Origin: a virus
IMG/VR virus record: IMGVR_UViG_3300001200_000009
Direction: 5' to 3' (one strand)
DNA length: 64,000 nt
A model generated the notes under the pieces. That model was not told the origin of the DNA, made no database searches, and saw only the letters and a list, made by a program, of their open reading frames with translations. The first letter of the stretch is position 1. Every line of letters begins with the position of its first letter. The translations under genes and the position numbers were made by a program. Positions 47,536 through 55,966 of the stretch are shown here, piece by piece.

Positions 47536-47585
47536 AAAAAATCCGATTATGAGATATTATATCATAATCGGATTGCGTTGTAAAC
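47536..47585 (-). promoter_or_regulatory. 13-bp inverted repeat (terminator-like) superimposed on an early promoter
   Basis: AATCCGATTATGA-9-TCATAATCGGATT followed by a T-run; GTTTACA-17-TATAAT with the -10 in the loop. Confidence 0.7.
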
Positions 47586-47599
47586 TGTTTATTTTGCTA

Positions 47600-48046
47600 T
47601 TACGAGAGGCCAGACATGAAATCGCCGTGCGCCGAGGATACTGATTTCATAGACTTTTTATGGTCTATTTTCTGCCTCTTAGCCCGTTGCGCGTCTACAT
47701 ATCTTTGATCCTCTATTTTGACCTTGTCCAGTCGAGCAAAAATTTCAGTTTTAGGAGATACGATAAAGTTTTTCTTTGCTAATCCCTTAAAGCGCCGCTT
47801 TAAGTCTTGTAAGTCTCTGATGGCTGAACCTTTCCTATAGCCAGGAGAAGCCGCTAATGTCTCGTCGCTTAGCGGCTTCCAAGTCAAAAGACCCATGTAA
47901 ATCTTCGGGTTGGTTGCTGTCCGCCATCTTCCATTTGACGTAGTTGCCTCATCTGTAAGGTCATATCTTACGATGGCATATTCTTTTGAAGATTCGACTA
48001 TTTGTTTATAAGCTTCGGCAATTGTTCTATGTGTATTACTTGGCAT
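47600..48046 (-). CDS. hypothetical protein, putative internal head protein
   Basis: N-terminal HRTIAEAYKQIVE motif shared with neighbours. Confidence 0.6.
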   Translation of the reverse strand: MPSNTHRTIAEAYKQIVESSKEYAIVRYDLTDEATTSNGRWRTATNPKIYMGLLTWKPLSDETLAASPGYRKGSAIRDLQDLKRRFKGLAKKNFIVSPKTEIFARLDKVKIEDQRYVDAQRAKRQKIDHKKSMKSVSSAHGDFMSGLS

Positions 48047-48614
48047 TGAGATAATCCTTAAATCCATAACTTACTTCGTATAATACAACAGTATGGGCGT
48101 TTTGTAAACTCTCTTTTAAACTTTCTTTTACATCTCCGTCGTCACCTAGTTCTGGGATATCGTCAATCTCAGGGTTAGCGTCTTGAGCTGCAATGGCTGC
48201 GTTAGTCTCATCGTCTCTGTCGTCCGGATGAGTATCATTTGGCTGTAGGTCTAATTGAGCGGTACCAGGCTTTTGGTCTTTGGTGTATTTTCTACGACGA
48301 AGAACACGAGTAAGGAACGATAGTTTCTTAGGCTCAGCTCTTAGGACTCTATTAACTCTAAATGAGCGCCAATCCTTTTTAACGAGGTCGAATACGGCAA
48401 GGTTACCTGGTGGAATGTTTGAAGGACCACCCTTAGGATGATTCTTTTTTGGAATCATGTCCATGCGTCTTGTGCAATACATGATTCGGTCTTTTTCGGT
48501 TGATACCTTACGGAAGGAAACAACTACAGTCCCCTTAGCCAATAGTCTACGCAATTGGCTCACAGTATATCCTTCGAGAATATACTCGACTGAACCTTCC
48601 GTAAGGGTAATCAT
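48036..48614 (-). CDS. WYL_2/SH3 beta-barrel (DUF2693-like) protein with acidic extension
   Basis: L..G.V.V.F.K....R.M.CT......VFDL..K.WRSFR pattern. Confidence 0.75.
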   Translation of the reverse strand: MITLTEGSVEYILEGYTVSQLRRLLAKGTVVVSFRKVSTEKDRIMYCTRRMDMIPKKNHPKGGPSNIPPGNLAVFDLVKKDWRSFRVNRVLRAEPKKLSFLTRVLRRRKYTKDQKPGTAQLDLQPNDTHPDDRDDETNAAIAAQDANPEIDDIPELGDDGDVKESLKESLQNAHTVVLYEVSYGFKDYLNAK

Positions 48615-48615
48615 T

Positions 48616-49026
48616 TTATCGGCGCGGCTCAGAATCAGCTACACGAGGTCCGTTAGGTCCTCTTCGTGCATGAATATCGTCATTGGTAAGGTCTAGCCAT
48701 TCGTTTAGTTTCGCATCTTTTTTAGCGCCAGAATTGTCATTTCCTTCAGCGTCTTTTTGGAAGCCTTCTTCCATTTCTTCTTTGTCCTTATCGGCTGGTT
48801 TATCGTCTCCGCCATCATCAGCTTTTGGCTCTTTGAATGCTTTTTTAACGGCACGCTCTAGGCTATCGGCTTTCTTGACAAGGTCTTTGGTTTTGTCATT
48901 ACCTTCTAGCATGTCGCCAAGTTCGTTAATGCATGAAAGCATTTGACGCATCGAGGCAGCTGCTGTTTCTTCGGTAATCATTGTTGTGTAAGCCTCAGTA
49001 AGGCTACGGTGTGCTTTGTTGTCCAT
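48616..49026 (-). CDS. hypothetical acidic protein, putative internal head/core protein
   Basis: N-terminal HRSLTEAYTTMITE; multiple LxE sites. Confidence 0.6.
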   Translation of the reverse strand: MDNKAHRSLTEAYTTMITEETAAASMRQMLSCINELGDMLEGNDKTKDLVKKADSLERAVKKAFKEPKADDGGDDKPADKDKEEMEEGFQKDAEGNDNSGAKKDAKLNEWLDLTNDDIHARRGPNGPRVADSEPRR

Positions 49027-49048
49027 TGTGTTTTCCTTAACTTAAGAC

Positions 49049-49687
49049 TTATTGTGTTGAATTTGGAAGATTTTTAAACATTTGTTTAGAGCCTCCACTT
49101 AGTTCGTGGGCTAGACCTAAAAGAGCTGGCCAGACTTCCAAGCCAGCAGCTTCTTTATTACTGGTTTGGTAAATTTCTTTTCCGTTTAAATTAAACCTAT
49201 AAGAACCACCAACACTTTTAACTTCTAATTTTCCAATAGAATATTCTTTTGTGGCGACAATTTTCTCTTCAGTAAAATTTTTACCCGGTTCTTCCATTAC
49301 TGTTGAAGGAGTTTGATGATTGTAATCTTTTCCGTTTTTACCTCCAAGCATATAAGCTGCTCCAAGAGCATCATGTAATTTTGGCGGAAGCTCTTCAACT
49401 CCCATATATTTGCGAGCAATATTTAAAAGCGCCTGCTCGAACGGAATAGGCTTATTAGACTTACGCGGTCTTTGTCGCATTGTATTTCTAGCTGTTTGAC
49501 GAGCTTCCATATCTCTTGGAGCTTCTTTAACTACTGGTGCTGGTCGTCTAGACCGATAAGCTTTACGCCTACCTCTAGCGCTTTCGGTTGACCGGCCGTA
49601 GTAGCCTTCATTTAGAGTTTTATCGGCGTTTCTTTCTTCTTGAAGAGCACGATAAGCATTTACGATGCCAACATGATTTTTACCCAT
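49049..49687 (-). CDS. hypothetical protein, putative internal head protein
   Basis: N-terminal HVGIVNAYRALQEE and LNE site. Confidence 0.6.
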   Translation of the reverse strand: MGKNHVGIVNAYRALQEERNADKTLNEGYYGRSTESARGRRKAYRSRRPAPVVKEAPRDMEARQTARNTMRQRPRKSNKPIPFEQALLNIARKYMGVEELPPKLHDALGAAYMLGGKNGKDYNHQTPSTVMEEPGKNFTEEKIVATKEYSIGKLEVKSVGGSYRFNLNGKEIYQTSNKEAAGLEVWPALLGLAHELSGGSKQMFKNLPNSTQ

Positions 49688-49727
49688 TGATAGTGTACCT
49701 TTAGATTTATTAAAGTATAAATACTTT

Positions 49728-50354
49728 ATGATTCAATATATTTATAAGACTACTAACTTAATAAACGGCAAAATATATGTCGGAAAACATCAGGCCGAAA
49801 CGCTAGATAATTCCTATTTAGGCTCTGGTGACCTTATCAAAAAGGCTATCAGAAAATACGGAAGAAAATCTTTCAAAAAAGAAATTCTTGAAATTTGTAA
49901 TTCTTCGATTGAAGCCTATGACAGAGAAGCTAAAATAGTTAACGAAGAATTTATCGATAGAACCGATACATACAACTTAAAAATTGGAGGCGAAGGCGGT
50001 TCGGGAATTACTCCATGGAATAAAGGAAAAACACTACCTCAAGAAATGAAAGATAAAATTTCCAAAACATTAACCGGTAGAGTTCAGCCCAAAGAAGAAA
50101 TAGATAGAAGAGCTGCAGCTATGATTGGAAGAACTCATTCAAACGAAACAAAGCTTAAGATGTCTAGAGCTAAGTTAGGAAAAAAATTTACTGAATCACA
50201 TAAAAATAAGTTGTCACTGGCCGCAAAAAATAGAAAATCACATGGAAATCAGGGCAAGAAAAATAAAGTCGTCGAATGTCCTCATTGTAAAGTTAAAGGA
50301 GGGGCAGGAGTTATGAAGAGATGGCATTTTGATAATTGCAAAACTCTTCCTTAA
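49728..50354 (+). mobile_element. Seg-like GIY-YIG homing endonuclease 6
   Basis: IYKTTNLINGKIYVG, YLGSG, AYDRE, YN, PWNKG, CPHC..RWHFDNCK; TATAAATA 4 nt before the ATG. Confidence 0.9.
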
Positions 50355-50757
50355 GTAGAGAAATATGCCTTGAGTGTATCTTTACCCCGATAAATTCATT
50401 ATAATAATCGTCTTTGAAGAGAACTTCGCGGTCGATTTGTTCCTTAAGTTCGATGTAAGACATCTCACCCTTGGCTTTACAGAGCCTCAAAATATCTCGA
50501 CGATATCTTTCAGCTCCGTTGGTCTCGATGTCCTCTTGAAGGGACTTTGACGAGCCGTAATACTTTGGCCAATCAGAAGGAACCCGTGTTTTGATTCTTC
50601 TTTTACGTCTAGAATTCTTTGGGAGTATTTTTGGCTTCCAAAAAAGTTTCTTGCCAACATATTTCTTGTCTGTGACAGTGTCCGTGATTAGATAAACAAA
50701 TCCGACAAATTCTTCCGGTGTTTCAGTGAACACCTTATCCTCATAGTACCATGTCAT
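50311..50757 (-). CDS. single-domain GIY-YIG nuclease, conserved T4-like core type (endonuclease II-like)
   Basis: GFVYLIT..KKYVGKK.FW, SDW..YYGSS, E...Q and YYN motifs; no NUMOD tail. Confidence 0.8.
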   Translation of the reverse strand: MTWYYEDKVFTETPEEFVGFVYLITDTVTDKKYVGKKLFWKPKILPKNSRRKRRIKTRVPSDWPKYYGSSKSLQEDIETNGAERYRRDILRLCKAKGEMSYIELKEQIDREVLFKDDYYNEFIGVKIHSRHISLLKEEFCNYQNAISS

Positions 50758-50766
50758 ACGATTTAT

Positions 50767-51243
50767 TTATACGTCCGAATACGTGAAACGGGTAGGTACC
50801 GTACGCAGCTTAAGGTCCATTGCAATAAGCAATCTGTGATTACCTTCATCTAACCAAGCCTCGGTGTCACCAGTCTGCTTGTTTCGCGACATATGAATAG
50901 TCACGGCTTCTTTAATTCCATTAGCTTGTATGTCTTTCTTAAGCCTAGCAACTTCGTCGTCAGACCTATTGCTTCGCTCTGAACGGTCGAATTCGCGGTA
51001 TGGATAAATAGTGGCTGGTTTAGCTTTGATAACAGTTCGTTCAGACAAGGAAATTTGATGATATGAATACATTTCGATGATAGTCTCAAGGTCAAATTTT
51101 CGACCCGGCCATATACTGTTGACTGACTTCATAAACGGTCTGAGATTTTGCACATCCTTAAAATCGTCAACCCGTTGGCCTTTGAATTTAACTCTAGGCC
51201 TACGACCTCCAGTCTTTTCTGTGAAGAATTCTCTAAAGCTCAT
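50767..51243 (-). CDS. ParB/Srx-like domain protein with capsid-targeting-like N-terminus
   Basis: L..DI..NGI.E.V....LDEGNHRL..A..L..TVP; N-terminal MSFREFFTE. Confidence 0.75.
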   Translation of the reverse strand: MSFREFFTEKTGGRRPRVKFKGQRVDDFKDVQNLRPFMKSVNSIWPGRKFDLETIIEMYSYHQISLSERTVIKAKPATIYPYREFDRSERSNRSDDEVARLKKDIQANGIKEAVTIHMSRNKQTGDTEAWLDEGNHRLLIAMDLKLRTVPTRFTYSDV

Positions 51244-51292
51244 TTAATGTTACCTAGTCACACATGTTAATAATTACCAGTATAAATACTAT

Positions 51293-51916
51293 ATGCTTAT
51301 TTATACCGTCTACAGAACTACAAATTTAGTTAATGGAAATATATACATAGGGGTTCACAAAACTTCTGACCCAAACGACTCATATTTAGGTTCAGGTAAA
51401 CTTATTTCTAAGGCTGTTAAAATTTATGGCAGAGAAAATTTCGCAAAAGAAATACTTTTTGAATTTGACAATAAATCAGACGCTTATGCTAAAGAAGCAG
51501 AGCTCGTAACTCCCGATTTTATAAAAGAAAGAACCAATTATAATATAGCTCCTGGCGGCAAAGGAGGAATATTATGGAATTGTGATAATCATCCGACTAA
51601 AGGTAAAAAACACTCTCCTCAAGCGATAAAAAATATGTCCATTGGTTCTATTGGTCAAACATCTGGATTAGAGAATTATCAGTTTAAGGGATATTACAAA
51701 CTTCCTAATTGCGACATTTTGTTTGAAACTTCTGGTAAAGCTGCTGAATATTGTGGTATGGCTTCAAGCAATATTAGAAGAATTTGCAAAGATAAACTAG
51801 ACCTAAAGGTTACACCAGTGTCTTATCGGTCAAACAGATATATAACCTCCTTAGGCAATAAAGAAAATGTCGTCGGTAAAACTCATAGAGAATTAGGATT
51901 TGATTTTAAAATTTAG
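51293..51916 (+). mobile_element. Seg-like GIY-YIG homing endonuclease 7
   Basis: VYRTTNLVNG.IYIG, YLGSG, AYAKE, YN, HTH and GKT..ELGF.F C-terminus; TATAAATA 4 nt before the ATG. Confidence 0.9.
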
Positions 51917-53646
51917 TCGCACATCCGACAGTCACCAGTTGAAGGAGCGATTCCTTTTTCGCTGTAGAGATAGTAGAGCGATAGAACATTTTCATTGTTG
52001 AACGCTTCCTGATGGACTTTGGCGATATAAACCGGGTCTTCATCACCAGAGAAGAACAAATTGATTGATTGTCCTTGACAGATGAAGGGTTGCCTACTAG
52101 CCGACAGTCTTACCAATATCTCTTGAGGGATTTCAAAAGCTGTCTTAAAGACTCTTAATTCATGGGCAGTAAAGAAGTCGAGATGCTGGATTGAACCACC
52201 GTTTTCTCGTATAGATTTCCTTACCTCATGAGTATATTTATTGTACCGTTTCAGGTGAGGTATTAACGCAGGGTTAATGCGATTGATATCAGGACCGGCG
52301 CCTTCATGAGTGTAGGCATTTTTATAGAATGGTGAAACACCAGGCGAAACTGAATAGCAGATAAGAGAAGTCGTCATCGTTGGTGCAATTGCGGTTCGAT
52401 GCGAATTGCGGTAACCTAAACCTTTACACCACTTCGGTTCACCGGCTATTCCAGCCATCCATTGAGACGCTGCAAGAGACTGTTCATCGATAAGCTTAAA
52501 GATGTCTCGATTAAGCTTGTTCAGACGAGAGTATTCCATGACATCTTGCGGGTCCATCGAAATCATGTTGTTCTGCAGATAGGTATGGAATCCAAATACG
52601 CCTAACCCAAGAGCACGGAAGTCTTCGGTAAATTTGACGGCCTTCTCAAGACCTACTAGCTTCTTGCCTTTACGAATAAAGTCTTCGGCCACACAGTCAA
52701 GGAAGACTGTTGAGATGTGGACCGCGTCGGTGTCTTTCCATTCGTCAAACAGAACTAGGTTCAGTGACGATAAAACACAGGTGAATGTATAATTTTCGTC
52801 ACATGGCAACATAATCTCGGTGCACAGGTTTGAATTCTTGATGCTGATACCTGAAGCCTTAACTGCAGGAGGAGCCTGTCTGTTGGCCTTGTCTGGGAAG
52901 AAGTAGTAACCTTTGCCTCGAACAAGCTTCAAGTATTGGGCTTCTTGCAGATGTTTGTTGGTCTTCTTGTGTCCCTTACGGAGATTTTCGATATCCTTGT
53001 CGTAGACATTCCAACCGATATTGTATTTCTTAGGCTTTTTCCATACCATATTCCAGATATCATCAAAGTCTCTTGTCATTAGGTCAGTGTACCATGCACC
53101 AGAACCTCTACGTCCTGGTTGTCGCACTTGTTCTACTGCTCTGGCTTGTTGGTCGATAACCGGCCCTTGTCCATCAGCCTTACCACCACCAGCAAAACTC
53201 TTGCCGCGCGTACGTACGTCGCCAACATAACCACTAGTTCCAAATCCATTCTTTGAAAGTAGAGCTACTTCTCTGGCGTGATTGAAGAACCCATCAACCG
53301 AGTCAGGCACATACCCACCTGAGCAGGAAACTGAACAGCCCTTATCGGTCCCGGTATTCATCATGACTGGAGTCGATGGTGCAAGCCAACCCTTCCAAAG
53401 GATATCGAAGAAATGCTTCTTCCAAGATTCACCTTTGTATTCACCATAAAGGTCATCGCCAACCGCTCCAAGCGTATCGGAGATACGGGTCAGTTGTTCT
53501 TTGTAGGTGTCACAATCATAGAGGTATTGCTCCATAAAGGTCATGTACCCGATTGTTGTCATCCATTTTGGAATGTCACCATTTTTCTGAGCTTCCCGTC
53601 TCTCAGTACCCCATTTGTAAAGTTCGCTGTCTTTATTCTTAGTCAT
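51913..53646 (-). CDS. nrdA: class I ribonucleotide reductase alpha subunit, short form without ATP cone
   Basis: STP..N.G...SC, SNLCTEI, TCVLSSLNL, RALGLG, AIAPT, CQGQSINL, LYY and C-terminal CxxC motifs. Confidence 0.95.
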   Translation of the reverse strand: MTKNKDSELYKWGTERREAQKNGDIPKWMTTIGYMTFMEQYLYDCDTYKEQLTRISDTLGAVGDDLYGEYKGESWKKHFFDILWKGWLAPSTPVMMNTGTDKGCSVSCSGGYVPDSVDGFFNHAREVALLSKNGFGTSGYVGDVRTRGKSFAGGGKADGQGPVIDQQARAVEQVRQPGRRGSGAWYTDLMTRDFDDIWNMVWKKPKKYNIGWNVYDKDIENLRKGHKKTNKHLQEAQYLKLVRGKGYYFFPDKANRQAPPAVKASGISIKNSNLCTEIMLPCDENYTFTCVLSSLNLVLFDEWKDTDAVHISTVFLDCVAEDFIRKGKKLVGLEKAVKFTEDFRALGLGVFGFHTYLQNNMISMDPQDVMEYSRLNKLNRDIFKLIDEQSLAASQWMAGIAGEPKWCKGLGYRNSHRTAIAPTMTTSLICYSVSPGVSPFYKNAYTHEGAGPDINRINPALIPHLKRYNKYTHEVRKSIRENGGSIQHLDFFTAHELRVFKTAFEIPQEILVRLSASRQPFICQGQSINLFFSGDEDPVYIAKVHQEAFNNENVLSLYYLYSEKGIAPSTGDCRMCD

Positions 53647-53698
53647 TAGGATTTATTCCTTATAAATATAATATCTATTGGTTCATCAAGGAGATGAA

Positions 53699-54412
53699 AT
53701 GTTTATCGTTTACGAAACTACAAATCTTGTTAACAATAAGATTTATATTGGCGTTTCTGGTACTGGGGACCCTAAATATTTAGGGTCCGGTATTGCCTTA
53801 AATAAAGCCTTTAAAAAGTATGGTAAAGAAAATTTTGTTCGTAAAACATTATTTTCATTTGATAACTATCAAGAAGCTTACGCTAAAGAGCAAGAAATAG
53901 TAAATTCAGAATTTATTAGCTCTTCTAATAATTATAATCTTAGAATCGGTGGGCGTGGGGGATTTACCGTTACCAATAAAGCTAAAAAGATGATTTCAAA
54001 TAAACTCACTGGTGTAAAATTTTCCGAAGAAAGAAAGACTAATATCAAAAACGCTATATCTAAATCCGGAATTCATGATAGACTAAGAAATAAAAAGCGC
54101 GATAAACGTATATGCGATAAGATTTCTAATACAAAAAATAAAGGAACTTATTCTCTACCCCTTTACGGTAATTTTTCTTCTTGTTCAAAAGCTGCTAAAG
54201 CTATTGGATGTTCTCCTACATTTGTTTTAAAATATTGCAAATCTGCTAATGCGATACCTTTGACTATTAAAAATCTTAGATTAAAGTCGTCATATTTGGA
54301 TGAAATTTCTAATAGCGACAAATATTCTTTAATAGGTAAAACACCTAAGGAATTGGGATTTGGATTTAGTCTAAACTCGGGTCCCAGCCAAGTTTTTCTC
54401 TCGGCCAGTTGA
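53699..54412 (+). mobile_element. Seg-like GIY-YIG homing endonuclease 8
   Basis: VYETTNLVN.KIYIG, YLGSG, AYAKE, YN, GKT..ELGF.F; TATAAATA 53661-53668; SD inside hairpin TTCATC-AAGGA-GATGAA. Confidence 0.9.
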
Positions 54413-55370
54413 TATTGTATTCAGAGGCTTGTGTGTTGAACAGGTCAGTGAACTTGCCGCCTGTTGTAGACTCATAGAACCAATCAGCAATGGGATTATA
54501 TTTCTTGTGTTCGTCTTCGAAGATTGGCTCGATGCCAAGGCTCTTAAGACAAAAGTCAATACGCGACTTCGAGAAGAGATTTAGTTGGTGAAGAGTAACG
54601 CCGCCCCGGCCCATCGACCCTTTTTCCATAATCATTGCATTGATTTGCATCTCATGTTCAGCGATTATTCTGGCTGCTTCTGTGACTCTTCGATGCACTG
54701 CTGGCAAAGAGCGTCCGTCAAGGTCCATTTCTTCGAGTGTCGTATTATAGAGCCAAATAGTTCCTTCGGTGTGGAGCGTTTCATCAACCAAAGATGAAGA
54801 AATACCGGCATTGATATTTGGAATTTTGTTCTTGCCTTCTGATTGGAAGTGTTTTAAGAACGCGAATGAGCTATAGAGAATAGCGCCTTCGACCATTGAG
54901 AATACTCCCAAGGATGTAAGGATGTCCTCATGATTGATGTACTCGTCGATGAAATCCATACGCGCTTTGAGGATAGGGTCATCCACATAAGACAAATAAA
55001 ATTCTGGAGTAGCAATACCCAGAACCTCATTGATTTTGTTATAGAATGGAGCATGTACGTTTAGCTCGGTGTTACCGAACGCCGATGCCATACGTCTAAT
55101 TTCAGGACGTTGAAAGTCCCGCATAATACGGCCTGTCCAATAGTCTTCTCCAGCAAAGAGTTCGTATGTCGTAAAGAGTCTAAGAACCGTGACGACGCCG
55201 TGATATTCAGCCTCGCTCATATGAACCCTCATATCTTGAATATCGTCTTCAGCGGCTGGCTCATCAGGAGGCCAGATTATGTCTGTTTGCTTCTTTGCGA
55301 ATGCTGACGCTTGAGGGTAAAGGTCCGTGTAGTCACGGGTGGGGGCCATTATTCTTGGGGCTCTATTCAT
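54366..55370 (-). CDS. nrdB: class I ribonucleotide reductase beta subunit
   Basis: W.P.E, E..VH..FY, VEG..LYSSFAFL and DE.LH motifs. Confidence 0.95.
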   Translation of the reverse strand: MNRAPRIMAPTRDYTDLYPQASAFAKKQTDIIWPPDEPAAEDDIQDMRVHMSEAEYHGVVTVLRLFTTYELFAGEDYWTGRIMRDFQRPEIRRMASAFGNTELNVHAPFYNKINEVLGIATPEFYLSYVDDPILKARMDFIDEYINHEDILTSLGVFSMVEGAILYSSFAFLKHFQSEGKNKIPNINAGISSSLVDETLHTEGTIWLYNTTLEEMDLDGRSLPAVHRRVTEAARIIAEHEMQINAMIMEKGSMGRGGVTLHQLNLFSKSRIDFCLKSLGIEPIFEDEHKKYNPIADWFYESTTGGKFTDLFNTQASEYNINWPREKLGWDPSLD

Positions 55371-55408
55371 ATAAATATTTTACCTACTTAAGATTACACA
55401 GGGTTACG

Positions 55409-55966
55409 ATGATTATTCTTTACAAAACGACTAACACCATAAATGGAAAAATTTACATTGGTGTTAGAAAACTAACATCTCGAAAGAGTATTTATTTGGG
55501 CTCTGGAGTAGCTATAAAAAGAGCTATCCAAAAATACGGTAAAGAGAATTTCGTCAGAGAAACTCTCTTCGAATTTGATACAGCTAAAGAAGCTTTCGCT
55601 AAAGAAGCTGAAATAGTTAACGAAGAATTCGTGTCTAGAAAAGACACTTATAATATAGGCCTCGGAGGGCAAGGCGGAGACTTTAGTTCTGGCAGAAAAT
55701 TGTCTGAAGAACATAAAGCTAAAATTTCAAAAAGCCTTACAGGAAGAAAGTTAACTCAAGACCAGAAAACTAAAATCTCCGAATCTATGATTGGACTTCC
55801 ACCGTCAAAGGGGTTTACTGGAATGACTCATTCTGATAAAACATTAAGTAAAATGTCAAAATCAGCTAAAGCACGTAAAAAAATTCAGTGTCCTAACTGT
55901 AAGACTATGACTCCAGTAAATGTAGCTAAGAGATGGCATTTCGATAACTGTAAGGTTATTATATAA
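55409..55966 (+). mobile_element. Seg-like GIY-YIG homing endonuclease 9
   Basis: LYKTTN.INGKIYIG, YLGSG, AFAKE, YN, NUMOD3, CPNC..RWHFDNCK; TATAAATA 55370-55377. Confidence 0.9.

Noticed and set aside
50311-50757. Tenth member of the mobile GIY-YIG family
   Set aside because: Different subfamily (GFVY/YVGKK, no NUMOD tail), resembling the conserved core nuclease of T4-like phages.
3503-55966. Group I introns or inteins housing the GIY-YIG genes
   Set aside because: Flanking genes are complete on each side, the cassettes leave no room for a ribozyme core, and gp17, nrdA and nrdB are uninterrupted.
3503-55966. IS elements with terminal inverted repeats or target-site duplications
   Set aside because: I found no transposase motifs, TIRs or flanking direct repeats by eye.
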